Positions 47,466 through 56,522 of a stretch of 64,000 nt of DNA are shown here, in pieces. A program made the position numbers and the translations under genes. The notes beneath the pieces were generated by a model that was not told the DNA's origin, did not search any database, and saw only the letters and a list, made by a program, of their open reading frames with translations. The DNA is from Deltaproteobacteria bacterium (GTDB lineage Bacteria; Myxococcota; JACRCW01), in NCBI GenBank assembly GCA_016218805.1, contig JACRCW010000025.1, positions 1,646-65,645 of the forward strand. Reading direction: 5' to 3'. Every line of letters begins with the position of its first letter. Within the stretch, counting starts at the first letter, position 1.

Positions 47466-48415
47466 GGCGAGTTCCTCCCCTCCACCGGTGCCAGCGCGTG
47501 TGCCTGCAGGACCAGTTCCTCCAGCGCGCCCTGGCGGGGGAGGACCCCCAGCACCTGGCAGCCTGATGCCAGCGCCAGCTCCAGGGCGGCGTTGATGCTG
47601 CCGGGGTCCTGCAACTCCCACACGTGCACGGGCCCCGCCGTGCGGACCGGCCCCAGCTTCTCCAGCGCCCCCAGCGTCCCCGGCCGCCCGCCGGACAGGC
47701 GGACCTCCACGCTGGTGGTGGTGCCCGCGGCCACCTCAGCCAGCGTTCCGGCCCGGAACACGCGCCCGCGCGCCAGGACCGCCACGTCGTCGCACAGCGC
47801 TTCCACGTCCGCCAGCACGTGTGACGAGAACAGCACCGTGCACCCCCGCGCGTGCTCCGCACGGATGATTTCCCGGACATGGTGGCGTCCCAGCGGGTCC
47901 AACCCGCTCATGGGCTCATCCAGCACCAGCAGGTCCGGCAGCGCGCACAGCGCCACGGCAATACCCAGGCGCTGCTGCATGCCCTTGGAGTACGTGTGCA
48001 GCCGGTCGCCCGCGGCGCGGCCCAGCCCCACGCGCTCCAGCAGCCCGTCACGGCGCCCGGTCCAGCCCGCGTCCCGGACCCCGGCCAGACCGGCCTGGAA
48101 GTCCAGCACCTCCGCACCGGTGAGGAAGCGCGGGTAGACCGGCAGCTCCGGCAGGTAGCCCAGGCGTGCACGGGCCCGGAGGCTCCCGAGCGGCTCGCCC
48201 AGCAGCGTGCCGCGGCCCGCGTCAGGGCGGACAAAGCCCAGCAGCATCCGCAGTGTGGTGGTCTTCCCGGCGCCGTTGGGGCCAATCAGCCCCACCACGT
48301 GCCCCGCGGGCACCTGCAGCGTGACGTCGTCAACCGCCAGCACGCGCCGGCCCCAGAAGCCCACGCGGAACACCTTGCGCAGGTGTTGGACCTCGCAGGC
48401 CAGGGGCGCGCTCAC
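47462..48415 (-). CDS. ABC transporter ATP-binding protein (PilH-like)
   Basis: Walker A GPNGAGKTT, signature LSGGQ-like YSKGMQQRL, Walker B LLVLDEP, H-loop. Confidence 0.85.
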   Translation of the reverse strand: MSAPLACEVQHLRKVFRVGFWGRRVLAVDDVTLQVPAGHVVGLIGPNGAGKTTTLRMLLGFVRPDAGRGTLLGEPLGSLRARARLGYLPELPVYPRFLTGAEVLDFQAGLAGVRDAGWTGRRDGLLERVGLGRAAGDRLHTYSKGMQQRLGIAVALCALPDLLVLDEPMSGLDPLGRHHVREIIRAEHARGCTVLFSSHVLADVEALCDDVAVLARGRVFRAGTLAEVAAGTTTSVEVRLSGGRPGTLGALEKLGPVRTAGPVHVWELQDPGSINAALELALASGCQVLGVLPRQGALEELVLQAHALAPVEGRNSP

Positions 48416-49326
48416 GGCGCGCTCCCGGGCGGCGGCGGAGCATCATGCCCGCGCAGGTGGATGCGCGGTACCGGCGCGGCCAGATTCACGCTGCCGTCAC
48501 CTGCAAGGACCACAGGCTGACCGGCCGCCCGGGGAACCCCGCCCAGCAGCCCGGCGGCCACCACTTCATCCAGGGTGGCCGGAAGACGCCCCTCCCGCTG
48601 GCGGTAGCTGGCCACCGCCGCCTCCACGTTGCGCAGCGTGCACTCCACCTTCAGGTCCCGCACGCGTGCAGCCAGCGCCGCCTGTCCCTGCCCTGGCGGG
48701 CTCATGTCCAGGATCTGCTCCGCGGTGCGCTGGGCAATGAGGCACGCCTCGTCACGCGACCGCAGGCGGCCCGCGGCTTGCGCCAGATAGGGCGGCGCGT
48801 CTGGCAGCGCCGACGCCCGCTCCCACGCCGCAGCGGCGGCCGTGGTATTGAACAACGCCGTGAGCTGCAGGGCCCCCTCCAGGAACGGGAAGCGCCATTG
48901 GTTGGGGAAGTGGCTGCCGGCCTCGTGGGCCACCGCGGCTGCTTCACGCTCCCCGCCCTTCTCCGTCGACAGGATCAGCGCACCTACCCACCACGCGTCG
49001 GCAAACCCGCTGTCCAGGTCCAGCACCAGGCGCAACAGGGGTTGCAGCGCGGGACGGACGGCCTGGTGGCGGTTGTCCCCCGCGTAGCTGGCAAACCTCA
49101 GCCATTGGATGTCCGCCGCGGCCCGGCCCCGCAGCAGGCCGTGGAACAGCGCCACCGGGTAGGAGGGTACGTTGGGGTGCATCACGGGCGGCCTGGCGCC
49201 CTGGACCTGCCCGTCCAGCCACGCATGCGTGCCTGCCGCAGCCACCAGCAACAGGGCGGGGACGGCCCGCGTCGTGGCCGCCATCCCTCGAGACGTGCTC
49301 GGCGGTATTGGGGATGCTCGGCTCAT
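48412..49326 (-). CDS. hypothetical secreted protein (PilG-like accessory protein of ABC transporter)
   Basis: Start MSRASPIPPSTSRGMAATTRAVPALLLVAAAGTHA (signal) at 49326, CAT at 49324-26 checked; ATGA-type overlap with ATPase gene. Confidence 0.5.
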   Translation of the reverse strand: MSRASPIPPSTSRGMAATTRAVPALLLVAAAGTHAWLDGQVQGARPPVMHPNVPSYPVALFHGLLRGRAAADIQWLRFASYAGDNRHQAVRPALQPLLRLVLDLDSGFADAWWVGALILSTEKGGEREAAAVAHEAGSHFPNQWRFPFLEGALQLTALFNTTAAAAAWERASALPDAPPYLAQAAGRLRSRDEACLIAQRTAEQILDMSPPGQGQAALAARVRDLKVECTLRNVEAAVASYRQREGRLPATLDEVVAAGLLGGVPRAAGQPVVLAGDGSVNLAAPVPRIHLRGHDAPPPPGSAP

Positions 49327-49595
49327 GCCTGCAACAGCCTGCCGGGTGTGGGTGGGAACGGGTCCGGCAAGGGATTGCTGAAGTAGTCCATCACAGCAGG
49401 GACGCGCGAGCTTCAAAGGGACGCGGCCCCGTCCGGGAAACGGCCCAGCGCCGGGGCCCGCCCGGGAGCAGCAGCTTGTTGGAACGGCTGGTGGCTTGTT
49501 GCGGACCGTCTCACGCACTCGGCGGGCGAACGCGCAACCAAGCCCGCGGAAGGCGTGGAACCGACCAACGACCCAGCGCGCGGGCCGGTGCCGGC

Positions 49596-49638
49596 AAAGA
49601 CAACGAGACACCCCCGACAGACCAGCCGGGGGTGTCTC
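49596..49638 (-). terminator. rho-independent terminator downstream of pilA
   Basis: Perfect 12-bp GC-rich inverted repeat GAGACACCCCCG-10 nt-CGGGGGTGTCTC followed on transcript by GUUGUCUUU. Confidence 0.55.
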
Positions 49639-49653
49639 TCGTCATTCACTGAT

Positions 49654-50067
49654 TCAGTTGCAGGCGTTGGTTCCGTTGGCGGGTTGCGCGCTGTTCTGGT
49701 CGATGGTCCAAATGTCATCGGCACCAGAGGTGTTGATGCGGACCCGGTTGTCCTGCGCGGTAGCTGAGAAGTTGCTGCCGCCCGTGATGGTGTAGTTGTA
49801 GTACTTGGTGTTGCCGACGGTCTTGGTGTCCAGGCCGCCGAACGACGTGAGCTGGTCGAGGTTCAGATAGGAGCCGAACTCACCGTTGTAGGCGAGCTGG
49901 GTGGTGTACACGGCCTTCAGGCCCGTCTTGGCCTCGGTCTGCTTGGCCTTGCACTGGAACTTGAGGAAGTTGGGAATGGCGATGGCTGCCAAGATGCCGA
50001 TGATGGCGACGACGATCATCAGCTCGATGAGCGTGAAGCCCTTGGCAATCTTCTTGAGTGCGGACAT
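49654..50067 (-). CDS. pilA: type IV pilin (PilA-like, 137 aa)
   Basis: ATG at 50067 with SD GGAGGA; prepilin leader [10 protein letters not shown] then [28 protein letters not shown]; Ser/Thr/Asn-rich C-domain ending ...NGTNACN. Confidence 0.85.
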   Translation of the reverse strand: MSALKKIAKGFTLIELMIVVAIIGILAAIAIPNFLKFQCKAKQTEAKTGLKAVYTTQLAYNGEFGSYLNLDQLTSFGGLDTKTVGNTKYYNYTITGGSNFSATAQDNRVRINTSGADDIWTIDQNSAQPANGTNACN

Positions 50068-50119
50068 GAGGATCCTCCGTTGGGTGTTCGCGCGTGCACA
50101 GCGCGGCAGGCGTGCCTCT

Positions 50120-50135
50120 AGCACGGGGCGAGCCA
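50120..50135 (-). promoter_or_regulatory. candidate sigma54 (-24/-12) promoter for pilA: TGGCTC-N5-GTGCT
   Basis: On minus strand TGGCTCgccccGTGCT with GG/GC spacing identical to TGGCAC-N5-TTGCW, about 50 nt upstream of pilA ATG; AT-rich palindrome TTTTCG-ct-CGAAAA about 25 nt further upstream (plus 50157-50170). Confidence 0.35.
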
Positions 50136-50269
50136 CCGGCAACAGGATCTTGCCCGTGGTTTTCGCTCGAAAAACGGGCAGGTGCGGCTGACCACTGACG
50201 AACTTTGTCACTGCCTACAGTCACGCAGTGACGCGTGCCGTCACCCAGGCACCGGGGTATGGGGGGCGG

Positions 50270-51196
50270 ATGGAACTTGACGTCGCAACCGCCATCCGGA
50301 CGCTGTGGCTCCTGTTCGGGGCCACGGTGGGAGCGTGCCTGGGGTCCTTTGCCAACGTCGTGGTCGCCCGCGTGCCAGCGGGCGAAAGCATCGTCCACCC
50401 GCCCAGCCGCTGCCCGCACTGCGGCACGCCCATCGCCCCCTGGCACAACATCCCTGTGGCCAGCTGGCTGGCACTGCGCGGCAGGGCGCGGTGCTGCGGC
50501 GCGCCCATCGCCGCGCGTTACGTGGTCGTGGAGCTTGCGGGTGCGCTGCTGGGCTGGTCCTTGGTGCTGCGGGACGGGCCCTCAGCCGAAGCCGTGATGC
50601 ATGGCCTGGCGTTGCTGGCGCTGCTGTGCGTGGCGCTCATTGACCTGGAACACTGGATCATCCCGCCCGCCCTGTCGTTGGGGCTCATCCCCGTGGGGCT
50701 GCTGGGCAACGCGTGGGTGGGCTGGCAGGCGGACGCCTCGCTGGCGGGGATGGCGGGCCACCTGCTGCGCCACAGCGTCCTGGGTGGCGTGGCCGGGTTT
50801 CTGGTGCTGTGGGTGATGCGGGTGACCAGCACGGCATTGCTGCGGCGCACGGGCCGGTTGGCCCCGGATGAGGACGCCATGGGCTCCGGGGATGAAGACC
50901 TGCTGGCGGGGGTGGGCGCGGTGCTGGGGCCGGCGGGCGTGTTCTGGACGCTGTTCCTGGGTGCGGCCCAGGGTGCCGCGGCCGGGATCACCCTCAGAAT
51001 CGGCAGGGCCGCGCGCGGTGAGCCCGAACAGTCCGTCCCCCTGCCCGACGGGTGGACGCCGCCATCCGGGTCGCTGCCATTTGGCCCGTTCCTGGCGCTG
51101 GCCGCCACGGAGTTCCTCTTCCTGTCCACCTACCTGCCATCCGTGTCCCTGCCGCCGTGGGGCCTGCTGCTGGGCCTGGGTGACGGCGAGCCGTGA
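50270..51196 (+). CDS. pilD: prepilin peptidase (A24 family leader peptidase/N-methyltransferase)
   Basis: ATG at 50270 (MELDVATAIRTLWLLFG); zinc tetracysteine CPHCGTPI..CCGAPI; multiple TM helices; catalytic Asp region. Confidence 0.85.
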   Translation: MELDVATAIRTLWLLFGATVGACLGSFANVVVARVPAGESIVHPPSRCPHCGTPIAPWHNIPVASWLALRGRARCCGAPIAARYVVVELAGALLGWSLVLRDGPSAEAVMHGLALLALLCVALIDLEHWIIPPALSLGLIPVGLLGNAWVGWQADASLAGMAGHLLRHSVLGGVAGFLVLWVMRVTSTALLRRTGRLAPDEDAMGSGDEDLLAGVGAVLGPAGVFWTLFLGAAQGAAAGITLRIGRAARGEPEQSVPLPDGWTPPSGSLPFGPFLALAATEFLFLSTYLPSVSLPPWGLLLGLGDGEP

Positions 51197-51238
51197 CGCG
51201 GTTGCAAAGCGCGCGCGCGGCGGCCATGAGTCCGCCCC

Positions 51239-52303
51239 ATGGTGGCGCGTCCGCTCCTGGCCCGGCTGTTGTTGCCCTGCCTGCTGTCCGGCTGCGGCGA
51301 GGAGCGCCTGGTGGACTCCGGGGGTGGCGGCGGGCCGGCGCACACTGCGGACGACGCCGGGACCGGCACCGCGCGGTCGCTTGATGACCCCCAGATGGTG
51401 CCGTTGGTGCCCGAACCGGTCCAACCGGTGCGCGTGCACGATGGCCGCCGCGGCCCGCCCTACCCGGTGGTGCTGGCGCACGGTCTCAACGGTTTCCGGG
51501 ACGTGGGACCGGTGGACTACTACTTCCGCGTCCCCGGCGCGCTGCAGGACGCCGGGGTGGAGGTCTACGTCACGGCGGTGGCACCGTACGACGGCAGCAC
51601 GGCGCGGGCGCGCGCGCTGGCGGCAGAGATTGACCGCATCCTCGCCCAGTCGGGTGCCGCGCGGGTGAACATCATCGCGCACAGCCAGGGCGGCATTGAC
51701 AGCCGCTACCTCATCTCCACGCTGGGCTACGGCGACCGCGTGGCCAGCCTGACCACCATCTCCACGCCGCACCGGGGCACCCACGTGGCGGACCTCATCG
51801 CCGGCGGCGGCGTGGTGGCGGTGGCCATCGCGGACGCCTGGGCGTGGCTGTTCGGTGAGCTGTCACGGGACACCGTCAATGACCCCAATTCCCGCGCCGC
51901 CCTGGAGACGTTGTCCACCGCCGGGATGGAGGCCTTCAACCGCGCCAACCCGGATGACCCGCGGGTGCGGTACTTTTCGTTCGCCGGGCGCAGCAACCTG
52001 CAGAAGGCGGACGCGGAGTGCGGGGCGGGTGAGCGCGGCAACCCCGACGCGGTGGACACCATTGAGCCGGCGCTGCTGCCAACGTGGGCGTACCTGGCGG
52101 ACTCACTGACGGACCCGGTGCCCAACGACGGGCTGGTCACCGTGCCCAGCGCCCGGTGGGGGCGCTTCATGGGCTGCCTCCCGGCCGACCACGCCGACGA
52201 GATCGGCCAGCTGGCGGACCTGTTCCCGGACCTGGTGAGCGGGTGGGACCACGTGGGTTTCTACGTCGAGTGGGTGGCCTACCTGCGCGGCCTGGGCCTG
52301 TGA
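51239..52303 (+). CDS. secreted lipase/esterase (alpha/beta hydrolase, lipase class 2-like) lipoprotein
   Basis: Lipobox LLPCLLSGC; VVLAHGLNGF, nucleophile elbow AHSQGG, His near C-terminus. Confidence 0.8.
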   Translation: MVARPLLARLLLPCLLSGCGEERLVDSGGGGGPAHTADDAGTGTARSLDDPQMVPLVPEPVQPVRVHDGRRGPPYPVVLAHGLNGFRDVGPVDYYFRVPGALQDAGVEVYVTAVAPYDGSTARARALAAEIDRILAQSGAARVNIIAHSQGGIDSRYLISTLGYGDRVASLTTISTPHRGTHVADLIAGGGVVAVAIADAWAWLFGELSRDTVNDPNSRAALETLSTAGMEAFNRANPDDPRVRYFSFAGRSNLQKADAECGAGERGNPDAVDTIEPALLPTWAYLADSLTDPVPNDGLVTVPSARWGRFMGCLPADHADEIGQLADLFPDLVSGWDHVGFYVEWVAYLRGLGL

Positions 52304-52352
52304 AGCCGCGGCGCCTTTCTGGCCTTCCCAAACCCGCTGCGCCACACTGGCT

Positions 52353-52778
52353 GTGATGTGTGCGTGGTTGCCGCAACGGGCCAGACCGCTCCGCCTCGTT
52401 GCGGGCACGGCGGAGGGGCTCGCCCTGCTGCTGGTGGTGGGGTGCACGCAGACCATGCATGCGTTTCCGGAGGAATACGTTGGCGTGGGGGTGGAACTCA
52501 CGGTCCGGGACGGCGTGCCCCAGGTGGTGCAGGTGGTGCCCGGCAGCCCGGCGGACATGGCGGGCCTGGCGCCGGGCATGGAGTTGCGCACGGTGGCCGG
52601 CGAAGACGTGCGCGGGCGCCCGCTGGCCGACGTGGTGAAGCTGCTGCGCGGCAAGCCGGAGACGCGTGTGAGCGTGGAGGCCGCCCAGGGTGGCCGGACC
52701 TTCCGCGTGTCACTGCTGCGGCGCAGCCTGACGCGGGCGGGTGCTGACGGCGGGGGCTATCTGACGGGCAGCCGCTGA
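52353..52778 (+). CDS. small PDZ-domain lipoprotein
   Basis: LLLVVGC lipobox-like; PDZ core GVGVELTVRDGVPQVVQVVPGSPADMAGLAPGMEL; start uncertain. Confidence 0.5.
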   Translation: MMCAWLPQRARPLRLVAGTAEGLALLLVVGCTQTMHAFPEEYVGVGVELTVRDGVPQVVQVVPGSPADMAGLAPGMELRTVAGEDVRGRPLADVVKLLRGKPETRVSVEAAQGGRTFRVSLLRRSLTRAGADGGGYLTGSR

Positions 52779-52789
52779 CGGGCCGCGGG

Positions 52790-54685
52790 TCACCCGGGCT
52801 GGCAGCAGAACGTCACCGGCCCGGATGCCGTGACCTCACCGGTGGGTGACGCCGTGGCGGTGCACGCCGCCGCGCCGGAGAAGTTCCCCGAGATGGCCAC
52901 GCTGACCGTACCTGTGGCGGCACCGCGGTCCACGCATTCCTGGCCCACCGTGAGGTTGTCCAGCGGCGCGGGCAGCCGGAGGGTGCAGCGGGTGTCCGCC
53001 CATGCCGCAATGCTGGTGATGGCGCAGTTCCCGGTGCGGTTGCAGGTACACGCCGTGCAGCTGCGCCCGTCCAAAGCGTCACGGTGGTACAGCGCACGCA
53101 CCGGCCAGGCGGCGGGGCAGGCGAGGTCCCCGTCCTGGTGGATGCACAAGGGCGCCGGAAATGGCGCGGTATCCGGCCAGCACGTCCCACCCGCCGCGCA
53201 CACGTGGTCCACCGGCCCGGCGCCGGTGCACGCGGACAGCGTGGTCAACGCGGTCCACGGCGCCGTGGAGGACGTGCCGGTGGCCGCGCAGGTCTGGCCG
53301 CCGGTCTCCAGCGCCACCGTGGCGGAATCCACGTTGCTGGCCAGCGAGATGTCCTGGCAGGCCTGCAACATGGTCTCCGTCACCACCTCAGAGAAGACGA
53401 GCGGCAGCCCCAGGCAGTTCCGCCCCAGGTAGCGCCGCACGCGCAGTGCGCACTCCGCCGCGCAACTGCACGGACAGGAAGCGGACGCACCGGTGATGCC
53501 GGCGTAGGCCGCCAGCTCTGGCGTGGGCCAGGCGGGCGGGCAGGCAGATGCGGCGGTGGCCGCATGCGCCGCCACGGGGCCACTCCACCCGGGCTCCACG
53601 GCGGGAGCACAGGTGAACCCGCACGGAGGCTTCACGGCAATGTTCACCGTGCTGGTGGTGGCGCCGACGTCATTGTGGGCGGTGACCACGTAGGTGGTTC
53701 GGGGGGACAGGACGTTGGGCCGCCCGGAGATGGCACCCGTCACCGCATCCATGAGCAGGCCGTTGGGCAGCGGCGGGTCCACCGTGAACGAGTTGGCACC
53801 GGCCGCACCGACGGGAAGGTTGGGCGTGACATCCACTCCCAGGGCCCAGGTCACCTCCGGCTCCGCGTACGCAAAGGGCGCCGGCGGGTCCAACACCGCC
53901 AGGTAGAGCGTGAAGTCGGACTGGCCGCCGCTGTTGGCGGCCGTGATCACGTATGCGCTGCGGGCGGCCACGTCGGTGGGGATGCCGGAGACCACGCCGG
54001 TAAGGGCGTGCAGGACCAGCCCGGGGGGCAGGGACGGGGCGGCGGTGAACGCCAGCGGCGTGCCCCCTGTCAGCGAAGGCACGTTGGGCGTGATGGGATC
54101 CCCGCGCCGGTAGCTGGCAATGGGCTCAGAGTAGGTGACGATGAGCGGCGGCACATCCACCACCGTGACGGCGAGCGTGGCGTGCCCCGCGAACGACGGG
54201 CCGCTGGCCGTGACGCCGAATTCGGTACGCGGGGACACCGCCGCAGGCTGGCCCGTGATGACGCCGGTGGCGGCATCCAGCACCAGGCCCACCGGGAGCG
54301 CCGGAGTCACCGCAAACGCTGTGGCGCCCTCGGCGCCCACCGGGGTGTTGGGGGCGATCACGCTGCCCAGGACGTAGACCGCGTCCGGGGTTGCGTAGGT
54401 GAATTGCACCGGCCCACCGGAGGACGCGGACGCGGCCCCCGCGGACGAGGACGCGGCGAACGACGACGGTGCTCCGGCGAGCGATGACGGTGCGCCGGCG
54501 GACGACGAGGGTGCGCCGGCGGACGACGCGGTCCGCGCGGACGAGGGTCCCGGGGACGCGGCGGAAGCGGCCGAGGAGGAAGCAGGGGCGCCGACGGGGT
54601 CATTGCCCCCGGTGGTCCGCTGTTCGGGACAAGCGGCAAGGGCGGAAACCAGCACTCCCAGCACCGCGGCGCGGCATGCGTGCAT
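52790..54685 (-). CDS. surface lipoprotein with Ser/Ala-rich linker, tandem putative-Ig (He_PIG-like) repeats and Cys-rich C-terminal domain
   Basis: Start MHACRAAVLGVLVSALAAC at 54685; four repeats with LP.GL..D..TG.I.G.P pattern; about 30 Cys in last 250 aa. Confidence 0.6.
   Translation of the reverse strand: MHACRAAVLGVLVSALAACPEQRTTGGNDPVGAPASSSAASAASPGPSSARTASSAGAPSSSAGAPSSLAGAPSSFAASSSAGAASASSGGPVQFTYATPDAVYVLGSVIAPNTPVGAEGATAFAVTPALPVGLVLDAATGVITGQPAAVSPRTEFGVTASGPSFAGHATLAVTVVDVPPLIVTYSEPIASYRRGDPITPNVPSLTGGTPLAFTAAPSLPPGLVLHALTGVVSGIPTDVAARSAYVITAANSGGQSDFTLYLAVLDPPAPFAYAEPEVTWALGVDVTPNLPVGAAGANSFTVDPPLPNGLLMDAVTGAISGRPNVLSPRTTYVVTAHNDVGATTSTVNIAVKPPCGFTCAPAVEPGWSGPVAAHAATAASACPPAWPTPELAAYAGITGASASCPCSCAAECALRVRRYLGRNCLGLPLVFSEVVTETMLQACQDISLASNVDSATVALETGGQTCAATGTSSTAPWTALTTLSACTGAGPVDHVCAAGGTCWPDTAPFPAPLCIHQDGDLACPAAWPVRALYHRDALDGRSCTACTCNRTGNCAITSIAAWADTRCTLRLPAPLDNLTVGQECVDRGAATGTVSVAISGNFSGAAACTATASPTGEVTASGPVTFCCQPG
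54430..54600 (-). repeat. imperfect tandem DNA repeats (~18-21 bp units) encoding Ser/Ala-rich linker
   Basis: Plus strand ggtgcgccggcggacgacg-like units repeated; protein SSAGAPSSSAGAPSSLAGAPSSF. Confidence 0.4.
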
Positions 54686-54726
54686 GGCGCGCAGGGTAGC
54701 CCCCGGACCTGCCGCCTTCCACCGCC

Positions 54727-55431
54727 TCACGGCGCAGCCGCGGCATCACAGACGACGACGCAGCGCGGGTGCAGCCGCAACGCAAGCTGGACGGGCATGG
54801 CCTGGATGTCCACCGGGTCCGCCAGCGCGCGGCGCAGCACCGCCGCCTTGGACGCACCGGTCACCAGCACCACCACGTGCGCCGCACGGGCTATCTCCGC
54901 GGGGGTCACGGTGAGCCGGCGGTGCCGCGGCGTGCCTTCGTGAACGGCCACCACGCGCTCCCCGGAGGGGGTCAACGCCCCGCTGCCCGGGAACAGGCTT
55001 GCGGTGTGCGCGTCATCCCCCAGGCCCAGCAACAGGACGTCCAGCCCGCGGTCCCCCAGGCAGGTCTGCAGTTCCGCGGAGGCGCGGCGCGCTTCCACGT
55101 CAATATCCGCCGCCTCCCCGCGCAGGCGGTGGACCATGTCCGGCGGGAAGTGGCGCGTGAGCGCAAGGTGCGCCATGCGCGCATTGCTGTCCGCGTGGTC
55201 CGGCGGCACGCACCGCTCATCCCCAAAGAACAGGTGCACACCGGTGAGCCGGGCAGGATCACCCTCCAGGGCCATCCGCTCATACAGCGCCCGCGGCGTG
55301 CTCCCGCCGGACAATCCCAACGCCGCCGTGCCGGACCGGCCGCGCGCTTCCAGCAGCCCCGTGACCACCAGCGCACGCGCGGCCACCGCCACGTCTCCGG
55401 GCGCGGCACACCGCAGCAGCACCGCCGTCAC
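54727..55431 (-). CDS. pgl: 6-phosphogluconolactonase
   Basis: GLSGGSTP motif, 234 aa, downstream of zwf-opcA. Confidence 0.85.
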   Translation of the reverse strand: MTAVLLRCAAPGDVAVAARALVVTGLLEARGRSGTAALGLSGGSTPRALYERMALEGDPARLTGVHLFFGDERCVPPDHADSNARMAHLALTRHFPPDMVHRLRGEAADIDVEARRASAELQTCLGDRGLDVLLLGLGDDAHTASLFPGSGALTPSGERVVAVHEGTPRHRRLTVTPAEIARAAHVVVLVTGASKAAVLRRALADPVDIQAMPVQLALRLHPRCVVVCDAAAAP

Positions 55432-56522
55432 GCCGCCATCTCCACCGCCCGCGCCAGCACCCGCGGGAACGCCGGGTCAAACGCCCGCGGCCCCATGGCG
55501 CGCGCCACGCGGTCCCCCAGTGACGATGGATCCAGCGCCATGCTGCGCACCCCCACCGCCGTCTCGATGAGCGCCACCGGCTCGCTGCCGCGGCGCACGC
55601 GCACCACCTGGTCCCGCATCACCAGCTCCAGCAGCGTCTCCGGCTCCGCCCCACCGGGCGGTGCGGGAACCGCGGTCAGCTCCACGGTCAGCGCACCCGC
55701 CGGGCCACTGAACACGCTGGTGCGCCGCGCACCCGCGCGCAGGTTGTCAGGCGGGCCGCGCCACTTGAGCCGCTCAGCCAGCCAGGCCACCAGCAGCACG
55801 CGCCCGGCCATCCGCGCCGCCGGAGCCACCAGGTTCACCTGCGTGAGGGTGCCCAGCGCCGCGCGCGGCCCGTCATGGTCAAACACGCTGGCAATGGAGC
55901 TGCGCAACCCCGCCAGCCCCAGCCAGCCCAGGTCCACCACCTGGCGCGCCCCGTCAGCCAGCGCCTCCATGCGAACCAGTTCCCGGAGGTCCGTGAGCAT
56001 GGCGGTGTCAATGATCAGGCGGTCACACAGGCCCAGCAGCGGGGTGACGGCGGTGGTGCCCGCCGTGGGCGGACGCACCAGGAGGAACATGGTGGGGACG
56101 TTGGCCACCAGCAGCGCGCGGACCACCGCGGCCACGTGGCGCAGCCCGTCCCCGCGCGCCACCAGCGTCACCTCCTCGGAGCACACCAGCTTGCCGCCGC
56201 CGGGCGCCAGGATGCAGTTGGCGCTGATGTAGCTCTCAAACGCCGGCGCGTCGTCACGGGCCGGCTCGCTCTTCACAATGAGCACGCGCGCGGGCACGCT
56301 GACCACCAGCGCATCAAACGCCTGCTTGAGGGCGGCCAGGTGCGCGTCGTCCTCGCACCACACCACCAGGTTGGCCAGGCACGCGCGCGTGACCGGTTTC
56401 AGGTCGGCCGCGCCCGCCTCGCCGGAGGCGCTGCGCCACAGCGCCGCAAACTCCCGCTCAATGGCGGCCACGTCCACACCCACGTCCTCGCCCCGGCCCA
56501 GCCGTTCCGTGGTGGCCGTCAC
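55428..56522 (-). CDS. opcA: glucose-6-phosphate dehydrogenase assembly protein OpcA
   Basis: OpcA-like sequence directly after zwf; start assigned to GTG overlapping zwf stop (GTGA); ATGA overlap with pgl. Confidence 0.7.
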   Translation of the reverse strand: MTATTERLGRGEDVGVDVAAIEREFAALWRSASGEAGAADLKPVTRACLANLVVWCEDDAHLAALKQAFDALVVSVPARVLIVKSEPARDDAPAFESYISANCILAPGGGKLVCSEEVTLVARGDGLRHVAAVVRALLVANVPTMFLLVRPPTAGTTAVTPLLGLCDRLIIDTAMLTDLRELVRMEALADGARQVVDLGWLGLAGLRSSIASVFDHDGPRAALGTLTQVNLVAPAARMAGRVLLVAWLAERLKWRGPPDNLRAGARRTSVFSGPAGALTVELTAVPAPPGGAEPETLLELVMRDQVVRVRRGSEPVALIETAVGVRSMALDPSSLGDRVARAMGPRAFDPAFPRVLARAVEMAA

